This document shows positions 47,607 to 59,085 of a stretch of 64,000 nt of DNA, in pieces. The number at the start of each line of letters is the position of its first letter. Within the stretch, counting starts at the first letter, position 1. The stretch spans positions 13,073,039-13,137,038 of the forward strand of contig CM119271.1 in the NCBI GenBank assembly GCA_051294375.1, read 5' to 3'. Both the position numbers and the translations under genes were made by a program. The notes beneath the pieces were generated by a model. It had not been told where the DNA came from and searched no databases. It saw nothing but the letters and a program-made list of their open reading frames with translations. This stretch comes from Paraspadella gotoi (Eukaryota > Animalia > Chaetognatha).

Positions 47607-49167
47607 TATTCACCAATCCATCCATCCAATCCATCCACCTGCGAAGGGTGATCGCATCCTTGTCCAGTGGCCCAGTTCCAAGGATTGAACCAGCCCAGCA
47701 TGCTCCACGACTTTTGAGAGAAAGTGTTGAAGGCTTTTTCCTTCTCCCTGGTGGCAGACTTGAGATCCGATTGCGCCTCGGCCGTTTCGCCCGGAGGCGT
47801 CGCCGGATTCCCTTTGGCCGCCGCAACTTTGGCCGCAGCTTGGTCCTCCTTCTCTTTGGCCTTTTTCAAAGCGGCCCATCGCTTGTTGCGGAGATCCTGG
47901 ATTCTGTAGAGATGGAATTTGGGGTCAGGGGGTTAGAAATTGTTGTGATGTCTTCCTCTGTAATCCTGTACGCCCTTTACGGTATTAACCCATTTACCGC
48001 ATTAACTATTTAACCGGCATTAACCCATTACACCATAACCCTTTCCCTCTCTCCTCTCTCTCTCTCGTCTCTCTCGCTCTCTCTCTCTCATCTCTCTCTC
48101 TCTTATCTCTCTCTCTCTCTGTCTCTCTTCCCCTCTCCGCTCCCCTCCTCCCCCTCACCTCCTCTTCCTCTTCTGCAGCTCCCCAACGCAAGATTCTCCC
48201 ACGGGTACAACTCCAAGGTGCCGGGCGCCAACTTCCCGTTCATGCAGTCGCCCGACAAGATCCCGTCTTCCCACTCGTCGTCCCACTCCTCCAGCGGGAA
48301 GATCCCGTCCTGACCTTGCCCGCATTCGTCCTCCAATTCTCCCGGGCACATCCCCGCCAGGATGGCCTCGTCGTCGTCCTCTTCGTCCCAAAAGTTGCCC
48401 GGACCGTGGGAGGGTCTTCGAGGGTAGAGACCGGGGCAACTGCAGCGGACCTGAGAGAGAGAGAGAGAGAAAGAGCCAAGCAATCGTAGCAAGCAATCCC
48501 CAAGCTCGACTCACCTTGTTGAGATCGATGAAGCGTCTCTTCTTGACTTTAGGGTAATTGCAGGAACTCCTAGTCGCCGATTCGGCTCTGGAGCTTCGAT
48601 GCTCCGGTCGCGCCTTGCACTTTTGTTCCTTCGGCAATAAGTACGGAAAAGCGCCGACGCGCGTCGCTTGCGCCTGGAGGGGGAGAATAAAAAAAAGGAC
48701 AAAAGGGCATCGGGAATTTGATACATAACCAAAAAATATATTATTTTAAAAAACATATTAGTAAAGAAAATAATGAAACTATAAATCTACGTAGCGTCTT
48801 CGTAGGTAGAGAAAAATCGAACGAATTAACGAACCGATCAATAATTTCCAAAAAGCAAAACTCCCCCGAACCTGCTTGCTCGCCGGTTGTTTCTGACCCG
48901 TCCCGTACATCCAATTCCCGCTCGGCTTCAACACTTGATACGGCTCCTGATTGATCGCCTTCAAGGGTCTCCGCCTCTCCTTCCTCCCGCCCCACGGAAC
49001 GCCGGCTCGATTCGCCGGAACGTGAGAGTGATACCCGTAGGCGCCCGGAACGCCCGGCGGTCCGCCGCCCACGCGGCACGAGGGCCGCCGCGGCGTGTAG
49101 CGGTTGCCCTCTTGACGCTCCATGCCGGCCGCGATGGCCGAGGGCTGGTAGACGTTGTTGGTTCCGG
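17455..49167 (-). CDS. Large uncharacterised cysteine/proline-rich protein (about 30 exons, roughly 1800 aa)
   Basis: Exons 5'->3': 49167-48872, 48673-48515, 48450-48188, 47903-47639, 47367-47183, 46814-46652, 46017-45749, 45235-45114, 35439-35311, 35163-35102, 34564-34484, 34419-34190, 33943-33809, 26026-25913, 25475-25055, 24605-(gap), 24142-23929, 23785-23619, 23528-23424, 23286-23104, 22910-22785, 22568-22481, 22090-21963, 21882-21749, 20529-20072, 19868-19794, 19452-19347, 19236-19067, 18492-18412, (18139-18035), 17926-17825, 17537-17455 (TGA). GT-AG boundaries have matching phases at nearly all junctions. Two junctions next to N gaps and the 5' end are unresolved. Confidence 0.8.
18097..18402. 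repeat. 57-bp minisatellite (5 units) built from an acceptor site plus exon start
   Basis: Unit ~gaatgcgttagacaaaagacaaacgctctggcagacagggcctgaattaaaattaaa. On the - strand it reads ttttaattcag|gc... Confidence 0.85.
18806..18980 (+). mobile_element. tRNA-derived SINE
   Basis: gcggcca...tggccgc acceptor-like stem, A-box-like tggccggagg and B-box-like gggttctagccc. No proper anticodon arm. The downstream body has hairpin ctgtaaca-cgg-tgttacag. A related head lies at 40553-40632 (- strand). Confidence 0.6.
19927..20021. repeat. (TTTCC)n microsatellite
   Basis: About 18 perfect pentamer units, intronic. Confidence 0.95.
20072..20529 (-). CDS. Ala/Gly/Ser-rich exon of the cysteine-rich gene
   Basis: cccag|G...TTGG|gttggg, 458 nt, phase-compatible with both neighbours. 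Encodes [30 protein letters not shown]... Confidence 0.8.
20922..21748. repeat. Intronic satellite of TCTCACA/TCTCACG/TCA units, with an interleaved error-rich duplicate of 20600-20940
   Basis: Repeated tctcacgtcatctcacatctcacg. A second copy lies at ~37320-37800. Confidence 0.9.
25055..25475 (-). CDS. Exon of the cysteine-rich gene: charged helical segment plus CPCPDPLC motif
   Basis: aaaag|ATC...AAGA|gtgagt, 421 nt. Encodes [23 protein letters not shown]...[13 protein letters not shown]. Confidence 0.85.
26168..30550 (-). mobile_element. Degraded or raw-read Ty3/Gypsy-type retrotransposon pol region
   Basis: GC-rich block with no long ORF. Short - strand motifs occur in Gypsy order: VVDAS (RNase H, 29146-29132), GPFQI after an HVxxY-like segment (integrase, 27595-27581), APYHPEIN (integrase, 27419-27396). 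Absent from the second copy of the host intron. Confidence 0.55.
30655..33752. repeat. Inverted, very insertion-rich copy of 33756-35722 plus 44910-45380 (fold-back; probable raw long read)
   Basis: For example, 31590-31820 is the reverse complement of 35280-35445 and 30825-30970 of 45115-45245, with many single-base insertions. (GGAT)n flips to (ATCC)n at ~33753. Confidence 0.9.
35823..44912 (+). repeat. Indel-rich direct duplicate of 19491-26140 plus 33756-35722
   Basis: Starts right after an N gap with gtattataccaataa (=19492) and ends at aaggcggtttacg (=35722). Most duplicated exons are frameshifted by scattered indels, and the error density falls toward the right end. Confidence 0.92.
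40553..40632 (-). mobile_element. tRNA-derived SINE head
   Basis: The - strand reads gggccgcctgttggccgcagg...ccgggtttcgatccctggatggccgc, with A-box-like and B-box-like motifs. Resembles 18806-18876. Confidence 0.55.
44783..45012 (+). mobile_element. Short GC-rich interspersed element embedded in (TTA)n/(ATT)n tracts
   Basis: About 230 bp flanked on both sides by TTA repeats, with a long (ATT)n tail at 45015-45090. A diverged copy lies at 2985-3096. Confidence 0.65.
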
Positions 49168-49620
49168 CTGTGTTGTTTGGGTTCGGGAGGGGGGTTTTTT
49201 TTTACTCCGACCGAGTTTGGAAATTAGTTTCTCGATAGATTTCGTAATACTTGCGACTAATCTGCAAAAAATACTAGCCTATTCGGTTCTAAAATTAATC
49301 ATAAATAAATGATTAAGAAGCCAGGTACTCTGGGTGTGAATAGACTCGACTGTGAAAGCTTGCAGGGACCTGTTATGTCATTATCTTGTAAGAGTGATCC
49401 AAAGTCGGGGCAAGATGCTTATTATCGATGAAGTGATAATTTTTATATTGGTTGTACCAATTTCATAAGCTAATCAATCCATGCCAAAGAATGTTTAAAC
49501 GCGAGTACAGAGATGATCACCCTTTTTTCCGTCAAAACTACTTTAAAAAATCAAATATCGCTGTTCATTTGTTTTTTCTTCCTCACCGACTCCATCGCTC
49601 CCTCTCATCGTCCGCACCCA

Positions 49621-49761
49621 TCAAACTCGCCTCTCTGCGTGGACATGGATCGAAACTTCGCCATCGGATCCGCGCTGTTGTTGACGTTCATAGAGCGACG
49701 AGTTGTTGACGCCGACCATTGGCTTTGAAGGCGTAGCCGCCCAACGCGAGCCGGTTGTGCG

Positions 49762-49792
<31 letters not shown>

Positions 49793-51159
49793 CTCGTCGA
49801 AAAAATCGGAGGCTGTTGTTGGCGGAGGCGTTGGCGCCGAAAGAGTCGATGAGGTTGAGGAACGGCGCCGTTTCGCGCCGGGGACGCCAATCTGGGATTT
49901 GAATGAATGGGATGGAAACGGATGGAATGGAATGGAATGAATGGAATGGAATGAATGGAAGAATGAATGGATCTAATGACGATTTAAATAAAAAAAACAC
50001 ATATAAACTTGAATTATAAGAATTAATCAATGAAACTGAAATAACAAACGAACGATTAAACAAATAAATAAAAATGAATTTAATAATGAATTATTATAGA
50101 ATTAAATGAATAAACAGGGAAACGATTACAATGTAGATAATGGCATTTAATCAATGAGTTTATAAATCAAGTAATTGTACAACAGTAACGAAACAAAATA
50201 CAGCCAAAGCTAAAACAAAAACGGGAAAACAAAAAAACAAACCCACTACAACTTCGCCCCTCCCTTCCCCCCACACCTTCCCCTTAAAACAGAATTCCCT
50301 CACTTTCTCATCAGACTCTTGGGCAAAACGTCCATCTCCGAGGGAAACTTGTTAAAGACGTCGACGGCTCGCGAAGCCGGAATGGCCACCTCCGTGCCCG
50401 TCGGAGCGCCGGGCGATACTTCCTCGATCCGCATCCACGACGCCGGGACGCCGGTTCGTCCCTCGGCGGCGCCAGTCCAAGCGTCGGCGCCGTCTTCGAC
50501 GGAATCCCCAAGATCCGCGTAGAACCGGAAGTTGTTGTCGTCGTCGTCGTCGTTACCGTCGTCGTCCCACTCGTCGCTCCACGCCGTCGTCCGCGTGATG
50601 GTCGTCGTCGTCGTCGTCGTTTTCGTCGTCGTCGTCATCTGGGACGACGACGACGACGACGAGGACGACGGCGCGTGAACGTAAGAGAAGAGTTTTTCCA
50701 AGATTCCGGAAGAGGAGGAGGAGGAGGAGGAGGAGGAGGAAGAGGTCTTGGGCAAAGATTCCGACACGACGCGCACCAGGCGAGAGTTGGCGGAGAGGGC
50801 GCTGGTCACGGGAGCCGGCGGTGCGGGACAGGCGGACTTCGCCACGAAGGCCGAAGAGACGCCGTCCAGTTCAGAGTTGAAAGAACCTTACGTTTCGCAG
50901 GGGGGGTGGGAGGGGGGGAGTGTTAATATTCTTTTAATTCATCTTCATATCTCCTCTGATTATTTATAATTGTTTCTTTCATCTTTCCTTCTTGCTTTTT
51001 TCAGCCTCTTCCCTCTCTCTCTTCTCTCTCTCTCTCTCTCTCTTCTTCTTTCTTCTCTCTCTCTCTTTCTCTCTCTCTCTAAACCAAACTTTTCCCGCCA
51101 AACTCCATCTCTCTCAGCGCCTCCTCCTTCGACGCCGCCTCAAAAGATGACGCCGCCAT
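49621..51159 (-). CDS. Low-complexity Ser/Thr/Asp-rich coding exons (separate small gene or 5' part of the cysteine-rich gene)
   Basis: Exon 50886-50304 (aag|...AGAAA|gtgagg) splices in phase to 49891-49621 (TGA). A possible first exon starts at ATG 51159 (MAASSFEAASKEEALREMEF). I could not make a canonical in-frame join to exon 49167. Confidence 0.55.
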
Positions 51160-51625
51160 AGTTGACGCCGTTTAGTCCAAGATCCGATCCCGAGATCCTT
51201 CCTTGGATTGGAGGGCCGTCCGTGCCTGATTGTAGGGCCGTCCGAGCCTGACGGGGCGCTCAGTTGCCGATTGAAAAAAAAAAAAAATGAGGCGACGAAG
51301 CGATCGAGAATTATGTCATCGATCATCCGGAGATAAAATCTTAATCTCCTTCCTTTTTTTTTTAAATTATCAAAAATTATCAAAAAGTTTTATGTTAAAA
51401 TAAAGAAACGAAAAAAAAGTAAAACTTCATCCTAGAGAAACGAAAGTCGCTATCGATCTAAAGCAAAGATTTTTCCTAAAAATGTTTATCGAACAAAAAA
51501 ACGTAAGCAAACTTTTTGTTTCGGATGGTCGCGATTCTGGGAATTTTGCGATAACGTTCTGCTTTTTTATTGTATTTAATCAAGTAAAAGAACTTATGTT
51601 TACACGCACTACTTATAAATTATTG

Positions 51626-51663
51626 CTTCGGAGGCGTGGGTTCGAATCTCACCGCTGCCACCA
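51626..51663 (+). pseudogene. 3' fragment of tRNA-Leu including CCA, acting as an extended primer-binding site
   Basis: cttcggaggcgtgggttcgaatctcaccgctgcca-cca matches the variable arm, T-arm and acceptor strand of metazoan tRNA-Leu (recalled consensus, one mismatch). No 5' half is present. Confidence 0.85.
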
Positions 51664-51665
51664 CA

Positions 51666-51974
51666 TTTAAGTAAGTAGACAGGGATTTCAACATGAAACC
51701 AAGGTGGAATTTATTGATAGAAAACAGATAAGAAGACGTAAATTTTGGACAGAATGCTCAGATACAAAATCTACATCTATTTATACAGTGCAAGTGGATC
51801 AGAGACGTGGGCAGAGTTTCCTGCCTCTTTGTCCATTGGCTGCTTCCATTTGGGTCTGGACCAATCAGAGAGCTCTATTCCATTTCGGTGATTTCTCCCC
51901 GAGCTTCCGATCCGGTTCCATCTCTGTATCTCCTGTAATGATAGAGAAGCACAATGTAGCGAGAACCTACAACA
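51666..51974 (-). mobile_element. LTR of an LTR retrotransposon (single copy)
   Basis: The - strand starts TGTTGTAG and has CCAAT motifs (~51835, 51861), TATAAATA (51785-51778) and AATAAA (51715-51710). It is followed by the PBS TGGTGGCAGCGG. Confidence 0.75.
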
Positions 51975-52510
51975 AAACTAAAGATTTATGTAGTTTTCAT
52001 ACTTAATAAACTTTGATCCAACTTGAATTTCTGCGTTTTTTCTCCGCCAGATGACTTTTTAAATTTTAAAATGTTGTCTTTCATCATGCTCTCAAATGGC
52101 CATAATTCATTTTCTAGAATGCTAAACCTGAATATTATAACTATAATAAAAAATCTGCGATTCTCATTGACAAGCAATTACAAATTTTAATTAGTAAAAC
52201 GTAAAAAAATATTTGAAAAAAATTATTAAATTTAATGGCCAAGTAACTTTTCTCTCCTTTTCTCTCTCCCTATTTCTATCTCTATCTCTCTCTCTCTTTC
52301 CCTATATATCTATCCACCTGTCCAAGGCATTCACCTCCTCCAAATGTTGTACATGAATTTTTATCATATTTGCTGAGTTTTAAATTAAAAAAAAACCAAA
52401 AATACCTTTTGGCTTCAGTAATTAGTATAATTACGTGCACATGTTAAAATAACTAATAAGTAGTACATGCTTAGTTCAGAAAATATTCTCATTCTAAACA
52501 TAAAATCGCA

Positions 52511-52721
52511 TCAAAGAACGGTGATTGGCTGATTCTGCTGTTGCTCCTGATTGGTCAAGAGATCGATATATTGACCAATGAGAGCGGCGATCTCGTTCCC
52601 TTCGTTCGTCTCCAGTCGCGTCACTTTCTGCACCATGAGATTTCCGCATTTGAGATCGAGGAATGAGATGGACGTGTTGTGGGCGTCTCTGACCTGAATC
52701 AATTGCAAGCAGGCAATCAAT

Positions 52722-52752
<31 letters not shown>

Positions 52753-52762
52753 TCCATCAATC

Positions 52763-52860
<98 letters not shown>

Positions 52861-55800
52861 ATCAATCGAACCTTTCTCGTTGAAAATATTTCGTGAAATG
52901 GAAACACAACGAAAGGTTCTCTCGTCGTCGCGTTGAGAATATGAACGCCGCTTCTGTTGATGGCGACGAGAGCTTTTCCTGATATAATTTAATGATAAAA
53001 TGACATGATCAATGTCACTAGCGACGAGAGCTTTTCCTGATATAATTTAATGATAAAATGACATGATCAATGTCACTAGCGACGAGCGCTTTTCCTTATA
53101 TAATTCAATGATAAAATGACATAATGTTAGCGCTCAACTTTTTTTGTTCACAGCACCTGGAGGAACGCGCGGATGCACGACCGCCTCCACCTGGAAAAAG
53201 GCCGATCCAAAAAGCTGCCATTTTTGTAGCAGGTGCAGAAAGGCCAACTGTATATTTTAAGAAATAAAAGCTCATTTCAAAAACTGTGCATATGAATTAA
53301 TGTTTAAATAAAATTCTATGAAACCGTGAAACACGGTTTTAACGAACCTTTGCGTCTTTGGGATTCGACGTTAAGCGGCTGGAAGAGAGGTGCTCCCCTG
53401 CAGTGAGAGAGAGAGAGAGAGAGACAGAGAGAGACAGAGAGAGACAGAGAGAGAGTTAGGAAAATTAGTCGGAACTGTCAATTTAGCTATTTCGATTATA
53501 ATATGATAAATTATGCTAAATTTTTGTTACCCAAAAACTCAATCCACCTATTCAATAATGAGTAATTGGAGCTTTAATTTTATGGAGGGACGGATGGACG
53601 TACGGAGGGACCTAGAGAACTACAAACAGAGAGATGGACTCACCAACGAGTCTGCCCCAATCCTCCAAAGGTTTTCCGATTCCATCGAAAGAATTTTCAG
53701 ATTCTACGAAGACGCAATTTCGAGGAACGAGGCGCGCCATCGTCTTTAAATATAATTAAATAAATAAATAAATAAATAAATAAAAGTAAAACACTATCAA
53801 ATCTAACATTTACCTCGACGCCCGGTAGACGGCGTTGTCGACCCTCAGAATCTGTTTATACAGTAAACGTTTATCATTTATCAAGATTAAATTAAAAAAA
53901 ATAAGATCAAACTTATAAGTTATATCACATTGCTATTTTGTTTTCTTACCCAAGGCTTGCATTTGATTTCCGTTTAGAGCGACGTAGACGAGAGAGACGA
54001 GAACTGAAATCTGTTTGCTCATTACCTCGTCCATCCTGAAAAACAAATGAACATAATTAAAATTAAAAGTATAATCAGCCTAATTTCAACAAATTAAACA
54101 ACTGAGACAAAAAATAAAAACTAAAACAAAAAACAACCCCGTCCACCCCATCATCTTCAGCATCATCATCAACCACCCCGTCCACCCCATCATCTTTTCA
54201 CCAGCACCATCAATCTAACCTCCCGTCCTCGAAGACGATCAGAAATCCGTCCAAAAAATCTGGCAGAATTTGATTGAAGAGAAGGTCCGAGTAGAGATCG
54301 TTGTCGAGCCGATTGAGCGGGAAAAACCAAAGGGTGCGCTTGAAGATGAGATGGTATTCGGTGGTCGCCTTTGGTTTGGGGCGGGAGAGGGGTTGTGAGA
54401 GTGATGATGATGGTGATAATTGTGATTAATAGCAAGGTCACAACGTTGATGATGATAATAAGAACGATATTTCCTTATTTCTCTCTCTCTCTCTCTCTCT
54501 CCCTCCTTCCCTCCCCACCTTGTCCAGCTCGGAAATGATGTCGAAGACGTATTCTCCAGCGAGCAGAGGCTGCATCATTTCGTCCCGATCTTTGATGTAG
54601 AAGAGGGAATACTCCATCAACTCCAGCGGCTGCGCGATTTTGATTCGGCCGCACAACTCTTCGATCACGTCCTGACGAAAGAGTTGGGGGGGGGGGAAGT
54701 GGAAGAAAGTAAACATTAAACAAATACAAGTGAACTAAAACAAAAACAATTAAAAAAACCTGCACGACGGTGGACGGTTTGCAACTGACGGTCAATTGTA
54801 TTCCGCCAGGGAGAGCGACGGGCTGTCGCTTGCAGTTGCGCCCCGCGGCGACGCCTTCGATCTCAGAGTGACTCGGAACGTTTCGTCGACCGCCATATTT
54901 GAATGTCTTGCGAAGATTTTGGAGGGAGGAAGAGGCGAGGCTGAGAGGGGGGGGGAATTGAACTGTGCTAAAAATAGAATGCGATGGAACGATACTGTAA
55001 CGGACAACATTTAGCGATTTACCCGGATATATCCCAAACTGTAATCTTTAAAAGATTTTTCAAATAATTATTCTAAACTCGTTAAACTCAAAAATAAGTT
55101 TAATATCCAATAAAAAATACATAATGATGGTTCTCATTTGGCAAGGGTAAAAAGTTGCTAGATTTACATATTGTTTAAATATTTTCAGAATTGATTTTTC
55201 ACCTTTGACAGATTTACAGAAGGCAGAGCTATCGGGACCAAGTTTTTCTGGCAAACAATATTTAGCGAACCGAATGATGATTTAACTTTCATTGTCAATT
55301 ACAAAATGAAATATCTCAAGCTTTGGCGGGTATCATAAAACACACCTCCTTTCACAAATGCATAAAAAATATTTGGAAATATTATATCGAGCTAATGATC
55401 AAGATGAAACTTGACATTTGGTAATTGTAAAATATAATTCTGTTTAGTAAAACCTGAATTTCAGAAATGATCTTAGTGAAATTTGATTTCCCGCCAAATT
55501 CTCTCTCTCCACCTCACCTAGAATAAAAGTAGGTGGAGTTGTAAGCGTTGGAGGTGAGGAACTTGAGAAGGTAAGGCTTCAGAGATTCCGAAGCCGGATA
55601 AAAGGATGTGAAGATGGAAAGAAGACGCCAGCCGAAGCAGCAGCTGCTGTTCACATCTGGAGAAGAAAGGGAAGGTGAGGTTAGTTGGAGGAAAGGAAAG
55701 GAAAGGGGAGGAAAGGGGAGGAAAGGAAAGGAAAGGAAAGGAAAGGAAAGGATTAGAATAGAATACAAACGAAAGACTGAAAGGGAAATAAAATACTGAA

Positions 55801-57295
55801 TGAAACAAAAAAAGCAATTTATACAAAAATCATTTTAACGATTTACTAATAATAAAAATACGCAGTAATTAGAGCAAAGATTGGGTTCCCTTACCCGACT
55901 TTGGTTTTGACCTGAAAAAAAAAAGAAAAGAAAATGAAAACACAAACTTCGCGATTTCACGAACTTTGTGATTCGTGAAAAAAAAAAGATTTTGTACTCA
56001 CTGCGAAGAAACGGCCAGTGACTCGGAATTGTTGTTCGTGATTTGTTTCACAATTTGACAATAAATTTCGTCGATCATTCCTACGAAAAAAAAGATTCAA
56101 TCTATCGACTAAAACTACGGAAATAACGAGACATTTTTTTTTGGCTGCAAAATTCATTTTCGAATTCGGAAAAATAAAACAAGAAAAGCGCGCGGTTCTT
56201 TGTGTCACCCGGATATTTGTGACAGGCGATGAGCAAAGTGTAGACGTTCTCAACGTCGTCCATGTTCTTCGCTTTGGGATAATCGCCCATAAATCGGAGA
56301 ATGGCGACGAAACAGTTCACAGCTGTTTTGTTCCATTCCTGCCAAGAAAACAAAGGACGAGGAAACCATCGAAACATCAATCCAGTGATCTTTCAAACGA
56401 TTTTAAATATTTGATCATTTCACTTTATCGATTATTTTTATAAGTATTGGTTGTACTGATATCGTAAACAGTAGAAAGAGCGTTTATAAACAAGGTGGCC
56501 TCGGGTAAATACCCTTTAACCTTTAATCTAATAACTATTCGATTGATTGATTGATTAATACGGGTACATACGCCAGATTAAATAAATTTTTAATTCTTTT
56601 TAATTCATTCATTTTTTATTTCATTGATGATGTAAGAGATGATTATTTAATATGATCTTAAATGAGATTGAATCTCTCAATCTCATTTACATATTGCAGT
56701 ATTGAATCTAAATGTGTCTAATTTCATTTTGGATTTTCTCAGGCAAACATACCCCCTTATAATGATCTTTTAATAACTTTAATTATTATTAATTATTAAA
56801 TGATTGAGTGAACAAACGAATGAATGAATTATTAAAACCCGACCTGATCTCCGCTCTCCGCTGTTCCTCCCAAGTTGCTCGTCGGCGGTAGCTTCTTCTC
56901 TTCGAAGGGAAGCAGCGATTCTTTGATCGGAGTCTTCGTCCACTGGATCAGGGCCAAGTAGTCCTTCAAGGCCGGTCTGCGTGGGTCCGTGGGGTCGGGA
57001 ATTGGGGGGGGGGAAAGATTAATTAATTCATTTTAACCCTAATATTTAACGATAATCTGTAAAAATATAGGAAAATAAAGAAAGATAAATAGAATACAAA
57101 TTTAAAAAAATAAACAATATTCCTTGTAAAAATATAATATACAAAGCAGAAAGAAATAATTGAAACATATTAGATAAAGAAAGAAAGTCAGGGGATAGAA
57201 AAGAAATTCAGAAAATAGAAAGATAGATCAAGAGGTTAAAGGCGAAATCAAATTTTGTTCCATCGACAACGAGAGTCGAAAAGTCGAACGACGGG

Positions 57296-57379
<84 letters not shown>

Positions 57380-58997
57380 TACCCCTCTATCCTTTTTTTA
57401 TATTTGCCTTGACTCCTTGTTCCTGGGCTTGCGAAAGAATTTCATCGCAAATTCCAAAATGGATAAAGGTTGAATGTCTGTCGGCGAATCGATCGTCTTT
57501 GGCAGATTCGATCCCTTGAGGGAAAAAAAAGTTAAAAAAAAAAGAACATCGGAAAATTATTTGAGGTCAAGGATCATGGATTTGGTTCCGTTTTCCCGTT
57601 TTTCCACTGAACTCTGAATTTTTATTGATTTTAATTGATAAATAAATTTAATTGAATAAAGTATTAGTAATAAGTTTTTAAACTTGGCCTAATCCCTAAC
57701 CCCAGCAACGATCAAACAACATCCCCAGCTACATAAACTCACCCTTCCTCCAGTCGGCCCCAAAGCCTCGTAAGTCGCCTCCGATCGTCGACTCTCGACG
57801 AGCGATTCCATAGAATCCGCCCCTCGCACTCGAGGCGGCGGCGGAGGCGGCGCAGCCCCTTCCCGAGGCTTCTGCGTTATTCGCTGCCCAACCGCTTCTC
57901 CTCCTTTCTCGTTCCGGCCGTCGACGACCGGCTGGATCCAGTGCTGCCCCTGATTGAAGAACTCTTCCTTGTTCGAAGGCACGAGGGCGTCGGTGGGGAC
58001 CCAACCGACGCGACCCAATCGACAGACGAGAAGATGATTGGACGGCGGAGGAGAAGAGAAGAGATGGTAGGTGTGGGAGTAGGCGAGGTGGGGTTGTGGT
58101 GGTTCTGGAGGGCGAGGTGGTCGAGGTGGTTCGGGTGGGCGGCCGGAGACTTTGACGATTTCTCCTCGACGAAGACGAAGAAATTCGTTGTCGTCGAATT
58201 GGACTCGAGGTCGAATGTCACGAGACGCGCGGAAATATCTGATTTAGTTTTTTGGGAGTGGAATCTTTGTGTTAAAAACATTAATTATTAGGTTTATGGT
58301 AGATATAAGTGGGCGGAAGATTACTGTCCCGTAACTTATTTGCCAACCCTCGACGGCATTGGAACGGATCTTTAGCTTGGATCAAGGCTTAATGATAGAA
58401 ATGTGAAATTGGATAACCGATATAACGATTTTTCTTTCTGTCAATGATTTTGGGCAGGCTATTGGTTAAGGGGGGGGGTTTCAAACTTTCAATCAATCAT
58501 GTTTATATGATGCAATCAATGTAATGGTTTATCATTTATTCAATAAATATTAAATAAGCTATCTTGCTCCTGACTTTCGACAACCTATATGAGACTATGT
58601 GACATCATAGCTAGTAAGGAGGTAAGAATGCTTGTTAATGTATAGTTTTTTAGTTTGATTTACCCATTTTCTAATTATAAATAATAATTATTTAGTTCTT
58701 TCTTTTCTCCCTTTCTCTTTTCCAACCTTTTTCATTCGAGCGTGACTTTTTTTCTCCCTCGCTCCACGAAGCTAATCCTCTTTTTCCTATCATCTTGTCT
58801 GGCTTTGTTTGATAGATTTTCTTAATTTGGTTAAAAATTAACCCTTTGATTTTAACTACATTTTCTTAAATGTTCACTTCGGCCGGAGAATATTCTATAT
58901 TCTTCGTCTTAGTTGAACCTACCCTTGATCACTTCATCNNNNNNNNNNGCCGGAGAATATTCTACTCTTCGTCTCAGTTGAACCTACCCTGGATCAC

Positions 58998-59029
<32 letters not shown>

Positions 59030-59038
59030 AATCATCAT

Positions 59039-59085
<47 letters not shown>

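Noticed and set aside
51590-51663. Intact tRNA-Leu gene
   Set aside because: The 5' half is missing and CCA is encoded, which points to a reverse-transcribed fragment.
55203-55247. Extra myosin exon (EKLGPDSSAFCKSVK)
   Set aside because: That reading needs phase 1, while the flanking exons 55518 and 54940 already join in phase 2 and give the conserved MyTH4 sequence.
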